Assembly (NCBI GenBank): GCA_963726395.1
Contig: CAVSCG010000036.1
Location: 19,060 to 83,059, forward strand
Source of the DNA: an uncultured delta proteobacterium
GTDB taxonomy: Bacteria > Desulfobacterota > Syntrophia > Syntrophales > Smithellaceae
Direction: 5' to 3'
DNA: 64,000 nt
The stretch's first letter is position 1, and the number at the start of each line of letters is the position of its first letter. The position numbers and the translations under genes were made by a program. Below the pieces are notes generated by a model. That model did not search any database, was not told the DNA's origin, and saw only the letters and a program-made list of their open reading frames with translations. Shown piece by piece: positions 57,326-64,000 of the stretch.

Positions 57326-57591
57326 AATGATCCTGTAGCGTTAAAAATGATTCAGAAAAACGCCGTCCTCTAAAGGACAGGATTCCTCGGAATACGTTTT
57401 TTTCAGATAGTATCTCGTTCGGGCCTTTTTCAATATCAAGCGGCATCCGGAGAGACAAACTGCCAATACCTTATGTGGAAATTTGCCGCGATATTACACG
57501 ATCGGATGATTTTTGTGAAGTTTTTTTGCCCCGACCTGAAAAACTTTGTAACTCGCAGACAGGCTTTTTTTGAGCCGATATCTTTGATTTA

Positions 57592-57620
57592 TTGACATAA
57601 AAATAATCCCCTGCTACATT
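57592..57620 (+). promoter_or_regulatory. Sigma-70-type promoter candidate for the DUF523/DUF1722 gene
   Basis: TTGACA (57592..57597), 17-nt spacer, TACATT (57615..57620). RBS AAGGGGGA and ATG 57643 follow. Confidence 0.6.
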
Positions 57621-57642
57621 CCGGCGGCAAGGGGGAAACGCC

Positions 57643-58590
57643 ATGGAAAAAATAAAAATCGGGATCAGTTCATGTCTTTTGGGTAATGCTGTCCGATATG
57701 ACGGCGGGCACAAGCTTGACCGTTTTCTTCGCGACACATTGGGTCAGTATGTGGACTATGTGCCGGTCTGCCCGGAGACCGAATGCGGCATGGGAATTCC
57801 TAGAGAGTCAATGCGACTGGAAGGAAAGACGGGTGCTCCCCGTCTGGTAACCCACCGCACCCGGGAGGATAAAACAGAAATGATGCTTCGCTGGGCAAAA
57901 AAGCGCGTAGCGGAGCTTGAGGCCGAAAATCTTTGCGGTTTTATTTTCAAAAGCGATTCGCCGTCCAGCGGGATGGAAAGGGTTAAGGTCTATGACGATA
58001 AAGGCATGCCCACCAAAACAGGCGTAGGGATATTCGCGCGGATTTTTATGGAGCATTTTCCGCTGCTGCCGGTTGAAGAAGAAGGCCGGCTCCACGACAC
58101 AGGCCTGCGCGAAAATTTCATCGAAAGAATCTTCACCCTCAAACGGTGGCGGGAAATCCGAAATATGAAATCCAGCCGGGGCGCTCTGGTGGACTTTCAT
58201 ACCCGCCACAAATTATTGCTTTTATCGCACAGCACAAAGCTCTATCAGGCGATGGGAAAACTGGTCGCCGGGCAAAAAAGCCTCAGTGTACAGGACCTCT
58301 TTTTACAATATGAACTGATGATGATGGAAGCGTTGAAACTGAAAACAACGCCGAAAAAAAATGTCAACGTGCTCCAGCATATGATGGGATACTTCAAGGA
58401 ACAGTTGTCCGCCGACGAAAAAAAAGAGCTGCTCGAAATTCTCGATGATTATCAGAAGGGCTTTCTTCCCTTGATCGTTCCCCTGACCCTGATCGGCCAT
58501 TATGTGCGCAAATATGATCAGGCTTATCTTCGAAAACAAATTTATCTCAATCCGCATCCGCTTGAGTTGCAACTGCGCAATCATGTGTAA
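57643..58590 (+). CDS. DUF523 (TudS/YbbK-like Fe-S) + DUF1722 fusion protein (YbgA-like)
   Basis: 315 aa. Contains KIGISSCLLGNAVRYDGGHK..VCPE, then the C-terminal DUF1722-like HKLLLLSHS...L.H..GYFK. Confidence 0.75.
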   Translation: MEKIKIGISSCLLGNAVRYDGGHKLDRFLRDTLGQYVDYVPVCPETECGMGIPRESMRLEGKTGAPRLVTHRTREDKTEMMLRWAKKRVAELEAENLCGFIFKSDSPSSGMERVKVYDDKGMPTKTGVGIFARIFMEHFPLLPVEEEGRLHDTGLRENFIERIFTLKRWREIRNMKSSRGALVDFHTRHKLLLLSHSTKLYQAMGKLVAGQKSLSVQDLFLQYELMMMEALKLKTTPKKNVNVLQHMMGYFKEQLSADEKKELLEILDDYQKGFLPLIVPLTLIGHYVRKYDQAYLRKQIYLNPHPLELQLRNHV

Positions 58591-58674
58591 GAAAAGGCAA
58601 AAGGCTTACGGTTCAAGTAAAAAGGGAATGGTTACAACCATTCCCTTTTTTAATCCTAAATCCTGACTCCTTGC

Positions 58675-59565
58675 TTATGCTCTCATTCCTGCGGAACGCT
58701 TCAGCGCTTCGATGCGGTCTTCCAGCGGGGGATGGGTCATGAACAAGAGCTTCAAACCGCTTGTCGACGGCTTACCGGCGATGCCGAAAGCTTTCATCTG
58801 ACCCGGCAGCGGCTCGATAGCGCTGCGTTGTAGGCTTTCCAGCGCGGCAATCATACTGCCGGCGCCCGCCAGTTTCGCGCCGCCCGCATCCGCCAGGTAT
58901 TCCCGCTTCCGGCTGAACCACATCACGATAATACTCGCCAGGATACCGAAAACAATCTGAGCGACAATGTTGGTCATGAAAAAGCCTATCCCGTGGCCTT
59001 CCTCGTTTTTCAGGATTACGCGATCCACAAAATACCCAACAATGCGGGACAGGAAAATAACGAACGTGTTGACGACGCCCTGAATTAAACTGAGCGTGAT
59101 CATATCACCGTTGGCGACATGACTGATTTCGTGACCCAGTACCGCCTCGACCTCATCGCGCTTCATCGTCCGCAAAAGACCAGTGCTGACCGCTACCAGG
59201 GCTTTGTTTTTGTTCATCCCGGTGGCAAAAGCATTGGGCGAATCCGATTCGAATACGGCAACTTCCGGCATCCCGATGCCCGCCTGAGAGGCATGTTTTT
59301 GCACGGTGTTGGTAAGCCAGATTTCCGCATCGGAACGTGGCTGCATAATCACCTGGGCTCCGGTGCTCCGCTTGGCCATCCACTTGGACATTGCGAGTGA
59401 TATGAACGAACCGCCGAAACCGATCACGGCGGCAAAGATCAGCAGGCTCATGTAGTTGATTCCGTTGGCAGAGAGCACTTGGTCAACGCCTAAAAGTTTG
59501 ACAACAATACTTAAAACCAAAATCACGGCGATATTGGTCACCAGAAACAGAAATACTCTCTTCAT
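58675..59565 (-). CDS. htpX: Membrane zinc metalloprotease HtpX (M48)
   Basis: 296 aa with TM helices. Contains the HEISHV zinc motif and THPPLEDRI. Confidence 0.9.
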   Translation of the reverse strand: MKRVFLFLVTNIAVILVLSIVVKLLGVDQVLSANGINYMSLLIFAAVIGFGGSFISLAMSKWMAKRSTGAQVIMQPRSDAEIWLTNTVQKHASQAGIGMPEVAVFESDSPNAFATGMNKNKALVAVSTGLLRTMKRDEVEAVLGHEISHVANGDMITLSLIQGVVNTFVIFLSRIVGYFVDRVILKNEEGHGIGFFMTNIVAQIVFGILASIIVMWFSRKREYLADAGGAKLAGAGSMIAALESLQRSAIEPLPGQMKAFGIAGKPSTSGLKLLFMTHPPLEDRIEALKRSAGMRA

Positions 59566-59696
59566 ATTTTTTTATCCTCCTCCACCTGTTCAAATCATTA
59601 TGGCAGACGGTTTGAAAAACCAAACCTTTTTTCAATATGCCTTATCTTAGTGTCAAGCGATAAATTGTCAATATTTTGTTGTTATTCTGTAGCTGA

Positions 59697-60563
59697 TTAT
59701 TTAGTATAAGTTTGAAGAGAGAGTATTATTATCCCGCATATGCCTATAAAAACGCCTATCCAGCCGGCCAATCTGATTTTTTCCCTGTAAACGAATGAAA
59801 TGAACATGCCCAGCATAATCGGAGCGCTGAGCGTAATGGGAAACACAACCGCAGCAGGCATAAGTTTTAGCGCTTCAAGGGTGCAATATACGCCGACATA
59901 GCTTGCAAAAGCCGCAAGGATTCCATACAACAAAGCCCGTGCTTTCACTCGCTTCCGCCTGGTCAGGAAGAAAATCAGCAGCAGAATAAAACCGACGGCG
60001 TATGACATAAAAAGGTATGCAAATGAATTGAGCTTGTGATGACTTATTAAAAGCTGTCCGATTCTTGGAAGACCGCTTAACGCAAAAGCACCTATGATCA
60101 TGAAAAACCATAGCGTGTTATTATTGTTCCTGCCCCCGGCAAAGACATCGTTTGACCAGGAGACTAGCACGATTGACGTTAATATGAATAATATTCCGGC
60201 AATGGTTATGATATTCAGCGTTGCCTTGAAAAATATAACACTGAAAATAACCGGGATGAGAAACGATGATCTGTAAATGGCGTTGGAGTAACCGAAATGA
60301 CCAATCCGTAACGATTTGTTAAAAACAAAAACGGCCGTTGCTCCGCCGATTCCGGCCATTGCGGAAATGGAGCATAATTCAAATGTATAACTGGCGATCT
60401 CCACATGATTAAATTCCGCGAAAAGATACCCCAGAACGCCGGCAGCCGCGAACATCACAAAGGTAAAATCAAATGATGATATGCCGTTTTTCGCCGAGAG
60501 TTTTGCAAGATATGCGAAGGATGTGATTCCGAGCACAACGAGTAAGATATATATAAAACTCAT
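59697..60563 (-). CDS. DMT/EamA-like membrane transporter
   Basis: 288 aa with about 10 hydrophobic helices in two similar halves. Confidence 0.6.
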   Translation of the reverse strand: MSFIYILLVVLGITSFAYLAKLSAKNGISSFDFTFVMFAAAGVLGYLFAEFNHVEIASYTFELCSISAMAGIGGATAVFVFNKSLRIGHFGYSNAIYRSSFLIPVIFSVIFFKATLNIITIAGILFILTSIVLVSWSNDVFAGGRNNNNTLWFFMIIGAFALSGLPRIGQLLISHHKLNSFAYLFMSYAVGFILLLIFFLTRRKRVKARALLYGILAAFASYVGVYCTLEALKLMPAAVVFPITLSAPIMLGMFISFVYREKIRLAGWIGVFIGICGIIILSLQTYTK

Positions 60564-60867
60564 ATTTTCAACTTCTTACCGAAGATTGACCATGTCATTA
60601 ATTCTTTCCCAATCTCTGAGACACGACTCCGCACGCGACTGCTCCGTCAATTATTTATCGATGCCATATCAAAAGACGATGAGCATGGCAACGAAAGAAA
60701 GTTTTCGCCACAGGCGGGAAGATCTTCATCTACGAAATATTTCTTCTCGCTTGTTCTTTTTTATCTAAAATTGTGATAGGTCTGTCCAACAATTTGGAAA
60801 ATACGGGAAACACTGTGTTTCTTTTTCCCTATGAATCACCCGAGGACAAAAAGCAGGATAAAAGACC

Positions 60868-61925
60868 ATGGATTTGATCAACAACCTGAAAAATAAAGCC
60901 TTCAAGGGAAAGGGCATCGGCGCTGATGAAGCGCTGGAGCTTTTTATCGAAGGATGCGGTGTTCCTTACCGCGTTTTTGCCATGGCATCAGAGATCCGTG
61001 AACACTTTAAAGGAAAAGAAATTATTCTTTGCGGCATCACCAACGCCAAATCCGGCAAGTGTTCTGAAGACTGCAAATTCTGTGCGCAGTCATCCCACTA
61101 TTCAACTGATGTTTCTTCCTATCCGCTCAAACCGGCAAAAGAATTATTGCCGAGGCCGACAGGCCAAAGAAAGACGGGGCAGAGTTTTTCGGCATCGTTA
61201 CCAGCGGCAAGCGCGTGAAAGCCCAAAAGGAATGGACGGAAATTTTTAAAGCCATTGCCGGCATAAACAAAATAGGCATTCATCCCTGCGCGTCTTTGGG
61301 CATCATCGATGCGACAAAGGCCCGCGAACTCAAATCTGCCGGCCTTTTCCGATATCATCACAATCTGGAGACAGCCCGCAGCTATTTTAAAAATATTTGC
61401 ACAACACATGATTACGAAGAAAACGTAGAAACAATCAGGGCTGCCAAAGCCGCCGGATTGTCGGTTTGCGCGGGCGCACTCATCGGCATGGGTGAAGGCG
61501 TTACGCACCGCATTGAGTTGGCCACGACACTTCGCCAGCTGGATGTCGATTCGATTCCGATCAATATTCTCAATCCGATCAAAGGCACACCGCTAGACCA
61601 TCTGAACCTGTTACCGCCAATGGAAATTCTCATGACCATCGCCGTTTTCCGTTTCATGCTGCCGGATAAGGACATCAAACTCTGCGGAGGCAAGGAAAAG
61701 AATCTGCGGCAGCTCTTGCCACTGGGCATCATCGCGGGCGCGAATTCTTTGATGACGGGAAATTATCTGACGACCACGGGTCGAGTGGGCAAGCTTGATC
61801 AAGAAATGATTGCTGATTTGGGGCTCAGGCCAACACGGGAGCCAGATATCTGCCAATGCGGCATAGAAGGAAAGAACGCTTGTATGGCCCGGGCAACTAC
61901 AAAGAGAAAATCGGCGCGGAAATAA
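60868..61925 (+). pseudogene. bioB: Biotin synthase, one frameshift
   Basis: SGKCSEDCKFCAQSSHY (radical SAM Cx3Cx2C) ...YPLKPAKE|IIAEADRPKKDGAEFFGIVTSGKRV...YHHNLETA..GEG. The shift is near 61141. Confidence 0.9.
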
Positions 61926-62080
61926 CGTTTCATCCGGCTGATGTGTGCTTTTTATAAAATTTGATTCATAAAAGAATATGATAAAATTTCCTCTTCTTTT
62001 GTACAAATCTTTAACACATCATTAATCAATACTTATTATTTACCACTTAACGACATCACCGCTTTTCAAGACAATTCCCT

Positions 62081-62812
62081 TTATTCTTTTATCGTACCGG
62101 GATGTGTCGATAGAAGTGCAGATTTATTCACCGGACTAATACTGTCAGCACTTTGCAAAAGTTGAATCATTTTCTTCTTTTTAGTGAAAATGCCTTTCGC
62201 ATAGGACATAGCGTTTTTTTTGTGCTTATCACGTAAATTGACGTCTGCCCCTCTTTCCAGCAGAAGATTTGCTATCGGCAGGGAATTATTTTTTACTGCA
62301 AGCATAAGGGGAGTTGTTCCTTTATGATCAAGGGCATTTATATCAGCACCTTTGTCAAGCAACAATTTCACCACATCAACAGATCCGGAAGAACTGGCAT
62401 AGTGTAAACTTGTAAAGCCATTAGATTTACTCTTATAATTGACATCCGCTCCTTTTTGAAGGAGCTGCTCAATGCACGAAAGCTCTACTTTCTTACAAGA
62501 AGCTGCCACGTGTAAGGGTGAATACCCGTAGGAATCAGTTGAATTTACATTAGCCCCTTTTTTTAATAAAAGTTCCGCAGTCTCAAATTTACACTCAGAT
62601 AATGACCAATATAAAGGTGTTGCACTCCATTTTCCCTCATTGGGTTCATCAACTTTAGCACCTTCATTTAGAAGCTTGTTGGTCATGACGACATCACCAT
62701 GCTTGGCCGCTGCAATCAATGGCGTCGCTGTGCAACCGGTAAGTTGCAGTGCAACTAATGGAAGCGCTATGAAACAAACCAACGTAGTGAGTTTAGACTT
62801 CCGTAGCATCAT
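62081..62812 (-). CDS. Ankyrin-repeat lipoprotein
   Basis: Signal peptide with lipobox LQLTGC, then about 5 ankyrin repeats (TPLH.A...G....V..LL..GADVN). Confidence 0.85.
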   Translation of the reverse strand: MMLRKSKLTTLVCFIALPLVALQLTGCTATPLIAAAKHGDVVMTNKLLNEGAKVDEPNEGKWSATPLYWSLSECKFETAELLLKKGANVNSTDSYGYSPLHVAASCKKVELSCIEQLLQKGADVNYKSKSNGFTSLHYASSSGSVDVVKLLLDKGADINALDHKGTTPLMLAVKNNSLPIANLLLERGADVNLRDKHKKNAMSYAKGIFTKKKKMIQLLQSADSISPVNKSALLSTHPGTIKE

Positions 62813-63030
62813 CTTTTTACCCCCTGGCTAAATTTAATTATTTAAGGATAAGTTCTTCGGTTTCTCATAAATCTTTTAGGAGATTTTCACTATTTTTCTT
62901 TACCTGTCAATATAAATCATCATCTTTGTATGACTTGCTCCCGAAAGCAGTATTTGCCACGTTAAATTTTACTGCTTATCTAAGGAAGGTATATTTAAAA
63001 TTGGATGAACCGAAATAATCTGTAGCCTGA

Positions 63031-64000
63031 TTAATCCGCTTCCGTATCCACGATCGTTATCGACTCGGAAGCATCCGGCATGGCTTCCACCGCCTTTAAT
63101 TTCCCGGCAAGCGTCCGCGTCTTTTTCTGTGCGTCGTCCACGGAGCTTGCGGCCTGATCCAGTCTTTTGCGCACCGCATCAAGCGAATCGCCAAACCGGC
63201 CAAACGCTGCTTTTACCTCGCCCAGCACTTGCCAGACTTCGCCGGAACGCTTCTGAATCGCTAACGTGCGGAAACCCATTTGCAGACTATTGAGAAATGC
63301 AGCAAACGTTGAGGGACCTGAAATCACGATACGGTATTCGCGCTGCAGGTGCGAAACCAGTGTCGTGCGGTGGATCACTTCAGCGTAAAGCCCCTCCGAC
63401 GGCAGAAACATGATGCCGAAATCCGTGGTTTTGGGAGGAGCAAGATATTTTTGCGATATGTCTTTGGCCGCCTTTTTAATACTATTCTCCAATTGCCTGA
63501 CTGCATCTTCCGCGGCGGACGCATCGGATCTTTCCTGCGCTTCCATCAACCGGGAGTAGTCTTCCACCGGAAATTTCGCATCTACCGGAATCAGTACAAA
63601 ATCGGAGGGGGAATCGCCCTGGCCGGGTAGTTTGATGGCGAATTCGACAAAATCACCGCTCTGCTCGTTTATCCTGACATTCCTTAAGTATTGTTCCGGG
63701 GACAATATCTCTTCCAGGAGCGCGCCTAGTTGGACTTCTCCCCATGTACCACGCGACTTGACGTTGGTGAGCACCTTTTTTCAAATCTCCCACGCCCGCG
63801 GCCAGCGTACGCATATCGCCCAGGCCCTGATGGACCTGCTCAAGCCGTTCGGAAACCTGCTTGAATGAATCTCCCAGGCGTTTCTCCAGTGTGCTTTGCA
63901 ATTTTTCATCGACGGTTTCACGCATACGGTCGAGCTGGCGGGTATTGTCTTCCTGTATCTGCTTGAGCTTCTCATCGATGACCAGACGGACGTCCTCCAT
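63031..64000 (-). pseudogene. rmuC: DNA recombination protein RmuC (N-terminus beyond right edge), one frameshift
   Basis: 63653..64000 (..RMRETVDEKLQSTLEKRLGDSFKQVSERLEQVHQGLGDM) and 63031..63774 (RGTWGEVQLGALLEEILSPEQY..) are colinear with RmuC. The shift lies at the T run near 63776..63782. Confidence 0.85.

Overview
The window is a chromosomal segment with two parts. By eye (not computed), positions 1 to about 27,000 are AT-richer. They hold a large, mostly minus-strand LPS/O-antigen-type glycan locus. It contains at least 16 glycosyltransferase-like genes (GT2, GT4/GT1, GT8-like, GT9 heptosyltransferase, DUF616, CgeB-like). It also contains an ABC-2 Wzm/Wzt-type exporter, a WaaL/O-antigen-ligase-family protein, a DUF218 protein and a UDP-sugar epimerase. 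There is an unusual bicupin + radical-SAM/SPASM enzyme and a truncated IS110-family transposase. Positions about 27,000 to 64,000 are GC-richer housekeeping genes. They include folD, an acyl-CoA ligase, gpmI and a beta-oxidation electron-transfer module (acyl-CoA dehydrogenase, acs, etfBA, membrane Fe-S/heme oxidoreductase). They also include an RRM-type RNA-binding protein, an aminotransferase, an S1-domain protein, an ADP-forming acyl-CoA synthetase and an M50 protease. The remaining genes are a nitroreductase, pgi-tkt, cutA, a TrmH-family methyltransferase, TerC, lgt, trxB, htpX, bioB, an ankyrin lipoprotein and rmuC. Gene content (Etf plus membrane Fe-S oxidoreductase, ADP-forming ACS, selenocysteine use) fits an anaerobic Desulfobacterota-like organism; this is inference only. 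There are three main observations. (1) A CoADR/NADH-oxidase-family flavoprotein has its redox Cys codon replaced by an in-frame TGA followed by a SECIS-like hairpin; the ORF track truncates this gene. (2) The bicupin-radical SAM enzyme carries two tandem C-terminal STSWRxTRPLR modules, and the adjacent DUF616 protein carries a third. (3) About 20 single-base frameshifts are present, most at homopolymer runs and several in essential genes. That points to assembly indel errors rather than mass pseudogenisation, with the epimerase next to the IS remnant as a possible real pseudogene. No CRISPR array, rRNA or tRNA was seen.
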